Source of the DNA: an uncultured bacterium
Lineage (GTDB): Bacteria; Patescibacteriota; Gracilibacteria; UM-FILTER-43-11
Assembly (NCBI GenBank): GCA_965369305.1
Contig: CBDUQG010000002.1
Span: 1 to 33,631, forward strand
Direction of reading: 5' to 3'
DNA: 33,631 nucleotides
Shown one piece after another: positions 17,755-26,966 of the stretch; within the stretch, counting starts at the first letter, position 1; every line of letters begins with the position of its first letter. A program made the position numbers and the translations under genes. The notes below the pieces were generated by a model. That model had not been told where the DNA came from. It saw only the letters and a program-made list of their open reading frames with translations, and made no database searches.

Positions 17755-18402
17755 TTAATTAATTTTACCTTCTTCAATAGTTAGGCTGCGCCCACCAACC
17801 AGTTCTTTTACAAGCGGATCGTGAGTGGTTAAAAGAACAGTGGCACCTTCTTCATGCAGTGTGGTCAAAAGATCAACAATACCTTTCACATTGGCCTCAT
17901 CAAGATTACCCGTAGGCTCATCAGCAATGATTAGGCGGGGTTGATGAACGAGCGCCCTGGCAATCGCCAGACGTTGCTTTTCACCACCGGAGAGCATATC
18001 CGGGAACTTATCCTGAAAGTGAAGCAAGCCAACTTTTTCGAGAACCTGTGGTACACGGTCATGGATGAGGTCGTCCGGTTCGTTGCAAACTTCCATTGCA
18101 AAAGCCACGTTCTCAAATACTGTTTTTTTGGAAAGCAATTTGTAATCCTGATAAACCACACCAATCTTGCGACGATAAAGCTGAAGGGTGGCGGCATCCA
18201 TATCACTGACAAACATGCCATCCACTTCAACGCTTCCATGAGTCGGCTTCTCAGCGCCAATCAAAAGAGCAATGATTGTAGACTTACCGGCGCCTGAAGC
18301 TCCGCTCAAAACAACGAATTCATTATTCTCAATATCAAAACTCACTCCGTCGAGCACTAAATGCGGGCCGTACTTTTTGGTGACGTTATGAAAACTTATC
18401 AT
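17755..18402 (-). CDS. ftsE: ABC ATPase, FtsE-like (cell-division ATP-binding protein)
   Basis: 215-aa ORF with Walker A GASGAGKST, signature LSGGEKQR and Walker B LIIADEPTGNLD. Overall collinearity with FtsE is high (RRKIGVVYQDYKLL..KTVFENVAF). Confidence 0.7.
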   Translation of the reverse strand: MISFHNVTKKYGPHLVLDGVSFDIENNEFVVLSGASGAGKSTIIALLIGAEKPTHGSVEVDGMFVSDMDAATLQLYRRKIGVVYQDYKLLSKKTVFENVAFAMEVCNEPDDLIHDRVPQVLEKVGLLHFQDKFPDMLSGGEKQRLAIARALVHQPRLIIADEPTGNLDEANVKGIVDLLTTLHEEGATVLLTTHDPLVKELVGGRSLTIEEGKIN

Positions 18403-18427
18403 GGCTTTATTCTAGGGAAGTTTCCGC

Positions 18428-18456
18428 TTGCCATCAATGAATCTTTTTTATATGAT
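18428..18456 (+). promoter_or_regulatory. Sigma70-type promoter for tRNA-Arg (TTGCCA-17 nt-TATGAT)
   Basis: Read directly from the sequence. The -10 ends 13 nt before the mature tRNA 5' end. Confidence 0.6.
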
Positions 18457-18469
18457 AACCAGGCTTTGT

Positions 18470-18546
18470 GCGCCAGTAGCTCAGGGGATTAGAGCGTCCG
18501 GTTGCGGTCCGGGAGGTCGCAGGTTCGATTCCTGCCTGGCGCACCA
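18470..18546 (+). tRNA. tRNA-Arg (anticodon GCG) with encoded CCA
   Basis: Hand-folded cloverleaf: acceptor GCGCCAG/CTGGCGC, D-arm GCTC-AGGGGATTA-GAGC, anticodon arm TCCGG-TTGCGGT-CCGGG, variable loop AGGTC, T-arm GCAGG-TTCGATT-CCTGC, discriminator A, CCA. Confidence 0.85.
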
Positions 18547-18562
18547 CTTATTATCCTGAAAC

Positions 18563-19159
18563 ATGGAACCTTTTTTACAGTCCAATTTATTTATCTATTT
18601 CCTTTTGCCCCTGCTAATTCTTTTGGCAAGAGTTTTAGATGTAACCATTGGAACACTCAGGATCATTTTAGTAGCCAAAGGAAATAAGTTCTATGCGCCC
18701 TTACTTGGCTTCTTTGAAGTATTGGTATGGGTACTGACGCTGGGCGCTATTATGCAAAATTTGACCAACATACCAGCCTACATTGGCTATGCTGCCGGCT
18801 ATGCACTGGGAAACTATGTGGGCATTTTACTAGAAGAAAGACTGGCTATGGGCAACGTCATAGTTCATGTCATTACCAAAGAAAAAGCAGGTGATCTAAC
18901 ACGAATACTAAAAGCACGTCGCTATACAATTACCCATTTCAAAGCGACAGGAAACAACGGTGAAGTATCGGTTATTTACATATTGGTAAAAAGAATAAAC
19001 CTACAACGACTCGTAAGACTAGTTAAGAAAACCCATCCTAAATCCTTCTTCTCGATTGAAGACGTAAGGTACGTGAGCGAAGGCCTAATGCCCCTGAAGC
19101 ACTCCGCTACTCGCAGGAACAGGAGCAATTTTATCAAGGTAGGCCGTCCAGGCAAATAA
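18563..19159 (+). CDS. UPF0316 family membrane protein (DUF5698/DUF2179, B. subtilis YebE-like)
   Basis: 198-aa ORF with three N-terminal TM helices (RVLDVTIGTLRIILVAKG...) and a C-terminal soluble domain. It is collinear with the UPF0316 family and starts 16 nt after the tRNA. Confidence 0.6.
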   Translation: MEPFLQSNLFIYFLLPLLILLARVLDVTIGTLRIILVAKGNKFYAPLLGFFEVLVWVLTLGAIMQNLTNIPAYIGYAAGYALGNYVGILLEERLAMGNVIVHVITKEKAGDLTRILKARRYTITHFKATGNNGEVSVIYILVKRINLQRLVRLVKKTHPKSFFSIEDVRYVSEGLMPLKHSATRRNRSNFIKVGRPGK

Positions 19160-19166
19160 GCAAGAA

Positions 19167-20327
19167 ATGAAAAAAAGAAATCTGAACCTTTTCTATCTGC
19201 ATGAGCTCCTTTTTCAGTTTGCTGACACCATGCTGATATTGGTGTTGCCTATTTTTATATACAAACTGTTTGGCTCAATCAGTGCTGTTTTCATATTCGA
19301 TTTCGTGTGGAACCTCCTTTTTGGACTTCTGCTGATACCTGTATTTGCCCTGGGAATGAAAATGGGTAAGCCTAAATACTTCATGGCCATTGGCATGGTT
19401 TGCTATGTGCTTTCACTTTGGTTTTTGGGAAAAACCACACAGGAATCTATTAACTACATCATCCCTGGCACTCTATTTTTTGTACTGTATGTAAGCTTTT
19501 ACTGGCTAACCAAACATTGGTTTTTTTCAACAAATTCGGACTACACTAAGATGGGTGAGCAAGTCGGAAAAATTGGATTGATCAAAATTCTGGTAAGCTT
19601 CATCGCTCCGATTTTTGGAGGGCTTATGAGTTTTTTTGTTTCGTTTAATGCAACATTCATCATAGGATCCGCGTTGGGATTGATAAGCATCATCCCCATC
19701 ATGCTTTTTAAAGCCCCGGCCATGAAAGATAGTTTTAAACTAAAGGACATCAAGATCATCCTTAAAAAACAGGAGCTTAAAGAAGTAAGGCCAACTCACT
19801 TTTGGGAAGCTATTTCTGCAAAGCTGGTAAGGGACTGCTGGATACTGGCCTTCGCTATTTTTATCGGGAATATTCTGGATTTGGGTATCCTAGTCGGAGT
19901 CACCACACTCGTCACCGCCATCATGATTAAACTAGCTGGGCACTGGTTTGACCGTCGCTCACGCAAAAAGATTTTGACTAAGCTTACCCACATACGAACA
20001 GGGGCTGCCATGTTCTTTAGTCTGGTTTATTTCTTTCCTCAGGCCGTCTTTGTATGGACAGTGCAAACCGCCAACAGCCTTATTAATAGCATGCATGACA
20101 CTGTAGCATTCTCTTATGTATACGCCTACAGCAATAAAATCCACCCGGCCCATTTTCATATTAATCGCGAACTAGCATTGGTGGCCGGTCGCTTTGTTTC
20201 AGCCACAGCACTGATCACTACCTTTCATTTTCTACCGGCAAAATACCTCTTCCTGGCCATTGCCATAGGGGCAATAACGGTAGAAGGGTGGCAATATCTC
20301 AAACGAGCAGACCACCTATTACACTAA
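19167..20327 (+). CDS. Polytopic membrane protein, MFS-like transporter
   Basis: 386-aa ORF with about 10-12 hydrophobic segments. I recognise no specific family signature. Confidence 0.4.
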   Translation: MKKRNLNLFYLHELLFQFADTMLILVLPIFIYKLFGSISAVFIFDFVWNLLFGLLLIPVFALGMKMGKPKYFMAIGMVCYVLSLWFLGKTTQESINYIIPGTLFFVLYVSFYWLTKHWFFSTNSDYTKMGEQVGKIGLIKILVSFIAPIFGGLMSFFVSFNATFIIGSALGLISIIPIMLFKAPAMKDSFKLKDIKIILKKQELKEVRPTHFWEAISAKLVRDCWILAFAIFIGNILDLGILVGVTTLVTAIMIKLAGHWFDRRSRKKILTKLTHIRTGAAMFFSLVYFFPQAVFVWTVQTANSLINSMHDTVAFSYVYAYSNKIHPAHFHINRELALVAGRFVSATALITTFHFLPAKYLFLAIAIGAITVEGWQYLKRADHLLH

Positions 20328-20950
20328 GCACGTAGGCTCGCCACAGCTGCTTCGGGATCGTCAGACTTCAACACAAAGGAACCGGAAACAAGTACATTTG
20401 CTCCGGCTTCGATCGCCAGCTTGGCAGTTTTGTCATTAATCCCACCATCGATTTGGATGTCGAGATTTGGATAATGCTCACGTAGCCATTTAACCTTTTC
20501 AAGGACTTCAGACATGAATGACTGACCTCCCCAACCAGGCACAACCGACATGACTAAAACCATATCGAGCATGGGCAGTACTTTTGAAATCTTGTCGACA
20601 GGCGTATCCGGATTGAGGGCTACACAGGCCTTAACACCAGCGTCTTTGATCTTCTGCACATCATCAGAAAGGTGCAGACTGGCTTCAGCATGAATGGTTA
20701 TAGAATGCGCACCTGCCTTGGCAAACGCTTCGACATAACGATGTGGGTTCTTGATCATCAGATGGCAATCAAGCGGAACATCAGTCTGAATTTTTTCAAC
20801 CACCGGCGGTCCAATCGTCAGATTGTTCACAAAATTTCCATCCATCACATCTACATGGAACATATCTGAAAATGGAGCCAGTTCAGCAAGATGCTCATTC
20901 ATTCGACCGTAGTCGATACCTAAAATGGAAGGGGTGATTTTAATATCCAT
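20324..20950 (-). CDS. rpe: Ribulose-phosphate 3-epimerase
   Basis: 208-aa ORF. PSILGIDYGRM...HVDVMDGNFVNNLTIGP...DCHLMI...DGGIN are typical Rpe motifs. Confidence 0.9.
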   Translation of the reverse strand: MDIKITPSILGIDYGRMNEHLAELAPFSDMFHVDVMDGNFVNNLTIGPPVVEKIQTDVPLDCHLMIKNPHRYVEAFAKAGAHSITIHAEASLHLSDDVQKIKDAGVKACVALNPDTPVDKISKVLPMLDMVLVMSVVPGWGGQSFMSEVLEKVKWLREHYPNLDIQIDGGINDKTAKLAIEAGANVLVSGSFVLKSDDPEAAVASLRA

Positions 20951-21396
20951 TAATTCTTGTTTTCAATATCCATCATTTGTTGTACACGACGGTGGTGGCG
21001 TTCTTCCGTCGAGAAATCAGTCGTCAGAAAGGCTTTAACAATATCCACTTGGTCGTCCATGGTCTCATTTCGACCTGGCACGGCAATCACATTCGCATTG
21101 TTGTGCTCACGAGTACCTTTGGCTGATTCAACACTGTAACCTAGACCAGCACGAACTCCCTTTACCTTGTTTGCTGACATCATAATCCCTTCACCAGAAC
21201 CACAAACAAGTACTCCTTTTAAATCCGGGGTGACCGCTACCTGCTGAGCAACGGCTTCGCCAAATTTTGGATAGTCAACCGAGTCAGCACTATCAGTGCC
21301 AACATCCACAAATTCAAAATCGGAACCAAGTTCTTTCTTGATCTTTTCTTTTACTTCATATCCTGCATGATCAGAGCCAATGACAACTTTTTGCAT
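20950..21396 (-). CDS. rpiB: Ribose-5-phosphate isomerase B (RpiB/LacAB family)
   Basis: 148-aa ORF. VIGSDHAGYEVKEKIK...VCGSGEGIMMSANKVKGVRA...REHNNANVIAVPGR. It overlaps the rpe start by 1 nt. Confidence 0.85.
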   Translation of the reverse strand: MQKVVIGSDHAGYEVKEKIKKELGSDFEFVDVGTDSADSVDYPKFGEAVAQQVAVTPDLKGVLVCGSGEGIMMSANKVKGVRAGLGYSVESAKGTREHNNANVIAVPGRNETMDDQVDIVKAFLTTDFSTEERHHRRVQQMMDIENKN

Positions 21397-21421
21397 TTGA
21401 GTTTATTAGGTTACCTATAGC

Positions 21422-22009
21422 TTACAAGAAAATGTCCTTGGCAATCAACCACGTAAAGTAGCCAATTCCCGCTAAAAATAAGAGCCAGGTAAATACAAAG
21501 AAGGCTTCATGAGCTTTGTCGGTCTGAAAAAAAGTGCGAACTTTAAAATTCTTATTAATCGAAAGACTGAAACCAACAAAAAGACCCGCCAAGCCACCAA
21601 GTAAACCTTGGCCACCAAGAACCGGACCCACGAAATAACCGATAAGACCCACAAAAAGAGTGAACCCAACCACTCGCATAGCTGCTTTTTTAAAGCGATT
21701 TTTGTGAAACTCTTTAAGCTCCACGTCGCGGTGCGCCTCACGCTTGGAAGTATGAGTTGTTTGGAATTTTGGTTCTGTTTCTACCTTCTTTACTTCCTCA
21801 TCCACAACTCCCAACGAAATGTCGTAAGCTTTTCTTGAGTCGGGATCGGAAAGAATTTTGTAAGCCTCAGCGACCTCGTGGAACTTCTGGACTTCTGTTT
21901 CGTCCCCGGAATCCGGGTGATACTTTTTAGCCATCACAAAATAGGCCTTCTTCACCTCTTCGGGTGTCGCAGACTTTTCGATGCCCAGAATTTTATAGTG
22001 GTCGTCCAA
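21422..22009 (-). CDS. J-domain (DnaJ-like) membrane protein
   Basis: 195-aa ORF with an N-terminal J domain carrying HPD (YKILGIEKSATPEEVKKAYFVMAKKYHPD). The G/F and Zn-finger regions are absent, and two C-terminal Gly-rich TM regions are present. Confidence 0.75.
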   Translation of the reverse strand: MDDHYKILGIEKSATPEEVKKAYFVMAKKYHPDSGDETEVQKFHEVAEAYKILSDPDSRKAYDISLGVVDEEVKKVETEPKFQTTHTSKREAHRDVELKEFHKNRFKKAAMRVVGFTLFVGLIGYFVGPVLGGQGLLGGLAGLFVGFSLSINKNFKVRTFFQTDKAHEAFFVFTWLLFLAGIGYFTWLIAKDIFL

Positions 22010-22010
22010 T

Positions 22011-23057
22011 TTAGAATTGCGTTATAAAGCGCAGATCATTTTCAAAGAAAAGCCGTAGATGATTAATTCGATGCTTGATCATCACCATACGATCTAACCC
22101 CATACCAAAGGCAAAACCTGTGTACTTTTTAGGATCGTAACCAACATTTTCAAGTACTTGAGGATGCACCATCCCCGCCCCGGCTATTTCAAGCCAACCA
22201 GTTTGTTTACAAAGTCGGCAGGGAACATTGTCAGAGGTTTTTCCTTCTCCATGACAAATTGGACAAGTACAGTCGACTTCAAGACCAGGCTCTACGAATG
22301 GAAAGTAACTGGTGCGAAAGCGAGTTTTGATTGCAGGATCTTCAAAGATTTGCTGAAGCGCAGCTGTCATCACCGCCTTCAAATTAGCCAGAGAAATGTC
22401 AGTATCAACCATCAAACCCTCGCATTGGTGGAACATAGGCGAGTGGGTGGCATCACTATCTTTTCGGAACGTCTTACCCATACTGATGACTCGGATCGGT
22501 GGCTCATGGGCTTCCATGTGATGGATTTGAACAGGGGAAGTCTGGGTACGAAGCACATGTTTTTTTAGACCTTTAACCCAGAAGGTATCCTGCATATCGC
22601 GCGCCGGATGATCCTCTTCCACATTTAATTGATTAAAGTTGTAGTGCTCAGTTTCGATATCAGGACCTTCTGCTACTGCAAATCCCATACGGCCAAAAAT
22701 CACCTCGAGATCATCAATGAACTTCGAAATCAGGTGACGATGGCCCACCATAGGCTTCACACCCGGGACTGTAACGTCCATCCATTCCTTTTCTGCAATC
22801 ACGTCAAAGGCAGCCATCTCAAGCTCGGCATACTTCTTCTGAAAGTTAGTTTCGAGCTCGATTTTGGTCACGTTGGCCAGCTTTCCGACCGTGCGCTTTT
22901 CTTCATCCGATAGGTCTTTGAGGGAACGCATGATTTCGTTGAAAGCACCACTTCGACCAAGGTACTTTACCTCCAAATCACGCACTTCGGCGTCAGATTT
23001 AGCTTCTTTCAGTGCAGTGAGGGCCTGGGATTTAAGGGTTTCAATTTTCTTCTGCAT
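22011..23057 (-). CDS. pheS: Phenylalanine--tRNA ligase alpha subunit
   Basis: The start is placed at MQKKIETLKSQ (ATG at 23057), giving 348 aa. It has class II aaRS motifs and FRKDSDATHSPMFHQCEG. The 43 upstream codons of the ORF look non-coding and contain a promoter. Confidence 0.88.
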   Translation of the reverse strand: MQKKIETLKSQALTALKEAKSDAEVRDLEVKYLGRSGAFNEIMRSLKDLSDEEKRTVGKLANVTKIELETNFQKKYAELEMAAFDVIAEKEWMDVTVPGVKPMVGHRHLISKFIDDLEVIFGRMGFAVAEGPDIETEHYNFNQLNVEEDHPARDMQDTFWVKGLKKHVLRTQTSPVQIHHMEAHEPPIRVISMGKTFRKDSDATHSPMFHQCEGLMVDTDISLANLKAVMTAALQQIFEDPAIKTRFRTSYFPFVEPGLEVDCTCPICHGEGKTSDNVPCRLCKQTGWLEIAGAGMVHPQVLENVGYDPKKYTGFAFGMGLDRMVMIKHRINHLRLFFENDLRFITQF

Positions 23058-23077
23058 GAGTTTGATTGATCGAAAGT

Positions 23078-23106
23078 ATTTTAACAAAGCCAAAAACCTT
23101 GAGCAA
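23078..23106 (-). promoter_or_regulatory. Probable pheS promoter (TTGCTC-17 nt-TAAAAT)
   Basis: Read from the reverse complement. It ends about 20 nt upstream of the proposed pheS ATG and overlaps the divergent promoter below. Confidence 0.45.
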
Positions 23107-23125
23107 TTGAATATAAGTGTATAAT
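23099..23125 (+). promoter_or_regulatory. Possible promoter (TTGAGC-15 nt-TATAAT) for the 77-aa ORF
   Basis: The -10 hexamer is perfect, but the 15-nt spacer is short. It ends 22 nt upstream of the ATG at 23148. Confidence 0.35.
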
Positions 23126-23147
23126 AGTAACACCTAATTAAAGAATT

Positions 23148-23381
23148 ATGTTTAAAAAAACAGACCCTCTCACTAAACTCATCCACCGCTCCCTAATATC
23201 AGCGCTTGTCGGCCTGGCCTCCGGGCTTGGTCTTGGACTCATCATATGGGGAATAACCTCAGCCCTTTCAAGCGGTCCTGACTTCGGTCTTCCGCCCATC
23301 GAAATGGCTGCCTTCCTAGGGATGGGGGCAGGAACCGTTATCGGTGCTATTCTCGGGGGTGTTTCTGCTTTGAAAGACTAA
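23148..23381 (+). CDS. Small Gly-rich two-TM membrane protein (hypothetical)
   Basis: 77-aa ORF with two hydrophobic GxxxG-rich segments. It fills an otherwise 324-nt gap in a very compact genome, and its stop abuts the murA stop. Confidence 0.45.
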   Translation: MFKKTDPLTKLIHRSLISALVGLASGLGLGLIIWGITSALSSGPDFGLPPIEMAAFLGMGAGTVIGAILGGVSALKD

Positions 23382-24641
23382 TTACTTAAGTCTTTCAATC
23401 TTGGCGCCCAAGCTATTAAGCTTGTCGTCAATTTGAGCGTATCCGCGATCAATGTAATAAATGTCGCTGATTTCAGTTTGTCCTTCAGCAGCCAAGGCGG
23501 CAAGTACAATAGCTGCACCCGCACGGATGTCACAGCTGGCTACGTTAGCACCCTTTAATTGAACAGGTCCTTCGATTTCAGCCTGGTACGGATTGAGGAT
23601 CTTTGGGCGAACCCCCATCTTTTCAAGTTCATATAAATACTGAAGTCGACCATCAAAGAGGGTTTCAAAGATAAAGCTTTTACCTTCAGCTTGGGTGAGC
23701 AAAGTGGTAAATGGCGCCTGAAGATCAGTTGGAAAACTCGGGAAAATAGCTGTCTGAATTTTGGTTGCCCTCATTTTTTTGGTCGGTAGAACGCGCACCA
23801 TGTCTTTGCTTAGTTCAAAGTGCACACCAACTTCGCGTAGCTTCTGCCAAAAGATGTCGAGATGCTCCGGCACAACATCAAGGATGTCGACCGTGCCACC
23901 AGTAATCGCTGCAGCAAGAACGAGTGTACCTGCTTCGAGGTAATCAGAGGTCACCCGATATTCAGTGCCATGCAGCTTGTCGACACCGGTAATTCGAAGG
24001 GTGTGGGTTCCTATACCTTTAATTTTAGCCCCCATAGAATTAAGGAAGTGGCAGAGGTCCTGAACGTGAGGTTCGCTGGCTGCCAATCGAATAGTGGTAT
24101 CTCCTTCAGCCGTTACCGCTGCCATGATGGCATTTTCGGTACCAGTTACACTGGCTTCAGTCATAGTGAATTTGGCACCAATCAGTTTTTTAGTACGCAG
24201 ATGAAGGATTTCCTCCGAATCAACCACTTCAGCACCTAAAGATTTGAGGGCATGTAAATGGGCATCAATCGGACGCTTACCAAGCACGCAGCCACCAGGA
24301 AAAGCCAGACGCACCTCTCCGTTACGAGCCAGAAGTGGGCCCAAGAGTAGGCTGGAACCACGTAACTTGCTAACAAGAGCGTGCTCGATTTCGACATTTG
24401 CCGGGTTCCTAGCAAGTAACTTGAAAGTTTTTCCATCAAAATCCGTTTCAACTCCAATAAAATGGAGGATGTGCTCCATCGTCGCGATGTCGGCAATATC
24501 AGGAACGTTATGGAGTACAACCTCTTCATTAGTAAGCAGAGCAGCTGCAATAATAGGCAGAGCAGCATTCTTAGATCCGCCCACCTGAACGGTTCCTTCG
24601 AGCTTGTTGCCGCCGGTGACTAAAAAACGATGTGTATGCAC
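23382..24641 (-). CDS. murA: UDP-N-acetylglucosamine 1-carboxyvinyltransferase
   Basis: 419-aa ORF with a GTG start. GGNKLEGTVQVGGSKNAALPI... matches MurA, and the active-site Cys is retained in FPGGCVLGKRPID. Confidence 0.92.
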   Translation of the reverse strand: MHTHRFLVTGGNKLEGTVQVGGSKNAALPIIAAALLTNEEVVLHNVPDIADIATMEHILHFIGVETDFDGKTFKLLARNPANVEIEHALVSKLRGSSLLLGPLLARNGEVRLAFPGGCVLGKRPIDAHLHALKSLGAEVVDSEEILHLRTKKLIGAKFTMTEASVTGTENAIMAAVTAEGDTTIRLAASEPHVQDLCHFLNSMGAKIKGIGTHTLRITGVDKLHGTEYRVTSDYLEAGTLVLAAAITGGTVDILDVVPEHLDIFWQKLREVGVHFELSKDMVRVLPTKKMRATKIQTAIFPSFPTDLQAPFTTLLTQAEGKSFIFETLFDGRLQYLYELEKMGVRPKILNPYQAEIEGPVQLKGANVASCDIRAGAAIVLAALAAEGQTEISDIYYIDRGYAQIDDKLNSLGAKIERLK

Positions 24642-24686
24642 AGCCTGGAAAAGTATTTATAATAAAACCCGCAAATAAAACAAAAA

Positions 24687-25706
24687 GTGACTCTATTCTA
24701 TTCAATACTGCTGGCCGCCGCAACCTTTATCTGGGGATGGATCTTCTATAAAAAGGAGTATCACCCGCAACCCAAACGGGTCATCGCTATGAGTTTTCTG
24801 GCGGGAATGTTCGCCATGATCCCTGTATTTGGATACAAGTACGTGTATGTGAACTTCCTTCCGCAACTGTCGGAAATTAGAATTCTGGACCCCCTTTTAA
24901 ACTCAGCTATTCTTAGCGGACTCTTCTACTTCCTTTTAAACATGTTTATCGTGGTTGTGCTCCTGACGAGCATCACCAGCCTTGTATCACTCGTACTGAC
25001 CCGATTCAAACATGGCACACTAGAAAACATCGAAGGCACCCTGCGAGATGACGAGTTTGAGTACGTGACCATGAGCTCCATGATCGCCATTTTGATTTTT
25101 GCTGAGCGACTTCTGGAAAAATTCCTGGACGTTTCCATCATCCACACCATTGTTGGCGTGATCATGTTTCTGGCTATTATTGAAGAATACGTAAAACACC
25201 TAATGGTTAGGTTCATTGATGACAAGCGAATCAAAGACATCGATGATGCCATTACGCTGAGCATTATTGTGGGACTGGCCTTTTCATTCATCGAAACCAT
25301 CATTTATGCCGTAACGGTAGGTGACATGAGCTTAGTTTTGCCAAGAGCCCTGCTAACCATGCCGGTACACGTCATCGCCTCAGGGATTTTTGGCTACTAT
25401 TATGGCCTGTCTCGATTTGCCGAGCCAATATTAGATGCCGAGCACAAAAACAAACGCTATCGAATTAAGTTCAAGCATCTTCATACGGTACTTCGAATGA
25501 AGAAATCAGATATTTATGAAGAAGAGAAAACCGCCCAAGGCCTGGTGCTGGCAACCCTATTCCACACAGTGGCCAATCTACTATTCGAAATGAACCTAGC
25601 CTACATCACTGTGCCGCTTATTGTCGGGGGCATGCTTGTACTTTCGTATTTTTACAAAGAAAGTCATGTTCTATACAGACTGCTGCACAAGCGAACGAAG
25701 AAGTAG
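24687..25706 (+). CDS. PrsW-family intramembrane protease-like protein
   Basis: 339-aa polytopic ORF with a GTG start. The motifs IEEYVKH, FSFIETIIYA, HVIASGIFGYYYG and FHTVANLLFE match the PrsW E-E-x-x-K / F-x-x-x-E / H-x-x-x-x-G / H pattern. Confidence 0.6.
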   Translation: MTLFYSILLAAATFIWGWIFYKKEYHPQPKRVIAMSFLAGMFAMIPVFGYKYVYVNFLPQLSEIRILDPLLNSAILSGLFYFLLNMFIVVVLLTSITSLVSLVLTRFKHGTLENIEGTLRDDEFEYVTMSSMIAILIFAERLLEKFLDVSIIHTIVGVIMFLAIIEEYVKHLMVRFIDDKRIKDIDDAITLSIIVGLAFSFIETIIYAVTVGDMSLVLPRALLTMPVHVIASGIFGYYYGLSRFAEPILDAEHKNKRYRIKFKHLHTVLRMKKSDIYEEEKTAQGLVLATLFHTVANLLFEMNLAYITVPLIVGGMLVLSYFYKESHVLYRLLHKRTKK

Positions 25707-26966
25707 CTAGAATTTTTCCCAGGCAGGCCCCTGACGACAAAGAAGTAATCCAGCCTTGTGCTGATCTTTCATCAAAATTTTGACGAGTCGTTCCATACGA
25801 ACATTGTTCTGAGAGCCTTTAGCTAGAATCAGGTCACCTCGCTTAAGCATTCCTTTAAGCGCGTTACCCGCTGCTTCGGAATCGAAGAAGGTGAAGATAG
25901 CCTCGGGGGCCATTCCAGCCTCAAGGGCACCCTTTTTGATGGTTTGGGCTTCCTTTCCAACTGCAATGAGCAGGCGAGAAGCTTCGGCAGCCTTCTTACC
26001 AAGTTCAATGTGAGCTTCGTGGCTGGCTTCACCGAGCTCATTCATGGTGCCAAGTGCGGCCACTTTTCGCTGAGCTTTTATTTCGGAAAGAAGCTTAAGA
26101 GCAGCTTCCATAGTCTTAGGAGAAGCGTTGTAAGAACTATCAATGATTTGAGTTCCTTCAATGCCTGGAATCGGATTCATACGCCCAGCTGGCAAACGGA
26201 ATTCCGAAAGCGCCTCGGCGCAGTCTTTGAGCCTGAGGCCCATTTGCAAAGCAACAGCGATAGCAGGAAGGAGGACATAAACCTGGAATTCGCCAATGAC
26301 TGGCACTGTGAATTTTTCGACTTTGCCCTTGTAAGACACCTCGAAGCTAAGATGCTTGCTGGTAGCATGAACCTTATCAGCCTTGAGATTGGCGTGCGCT
26401 TTAAGACCATAGGTAAACTTAGCAGCGGGGCTGTCCATCACCCTCACATAAGGATCATCTTCGTTCAAAATAGCCGTACCACCCTTGGGCAAATAGCGGA
26501 CGATGGTTCCCTTTTCCCTAGCGATAGCCTCAAGATTTTTAAATTGCCCTTTGCCTATGTGAACGGGATTCACGTTAGTAACAATGCCAATGTGGGGCGG
26601 TGCTATGCGAACCAACTTACGGATGTCACCAGGCTTATCGGCCCCCATTTCCAGGACAATCTTTCGATAAACCTTCTTCTTTTTGAAAAGCACACGGTAG
26701 AGAATTTTGAGCCAGGCAACGGGAGAGCTGAAACCTGATTGAGTTTCTTGTAAGACGGCCAGACTTAAACCGAATTCAGTATTAAAACTCTTCTGACTGG
26801 AATAGACATCAAAATGCTTACGAAGAATAGCATAAATGGCTTCTTTGCTACTGGTTTTCCCAATACTACCTGTAATTCCAATAACCTGAATATTGTGATT
26901 TTTCAGAAAACGCCGAGCCTTAAAAACAAGGAGGTTACCGATAATGAGACGGAAAAAAGCTTTCAT
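25707..26966 (-). CDS. murF: UDP-N-acetylmuramoyl-tripeptide--D-alanyl-D-alanine ligase (Mur ligase family)
   Basis: 419-aa ORF with the P-loop GITGSIGKTSSKE and the Mur ligase central and C-terminal domains. IDSSYNASPKTMEAAL is the MurF-type motif. Confidence 0.8.
   Translation of the reverse strand: MKAFFRLIIGNLLVFKARRFLKNHNIQVIGITGSIGKTSSKEAIYAILRKHFDVYSSQKSFNTEFGLSLAVLQETQSGFSSPVAWLKILYRVLFKKKKVYRKIVLEMGADKPGDIRKLVRIAPPHIGIVTNVNPVHIGKGQFKNLEAIAREKGTIVRYLPKGGTAILNEDDPYVRVMDSPAAKFTYGLKAHANLKADKVHATSKHLSFEVSYKGKVEKFTVPVIGEFQVYVLLPAIAVALQMGLRLKDCAEALSEFRLPAGRMNPIPGIEGTQIIDSSYNASPKTMEAALKLLSEIKAQRKVAALGTMNELGEASHEAHIELGKKAAEASRLLIAVGKEAQTIKKGALEAGMAPEAIFTFFDSEAAGNALKGMLKRGDLILAKGSQNNVRMERLVKILMKDQHKAGLLLCRQGPAWEKF

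Noticed and set aside
23058-23186. The 5' extension of the pheS ORF (43 extra codons, MDEFSERVCFFKHN...).
   Set aside because: The extension is Cys/Tyr/Phe-rich and unlike PheS N-termini. It contains a good promoter and would overlap the divergent 77-aa ORF. MQKKIETLK is the start consistent with homology.
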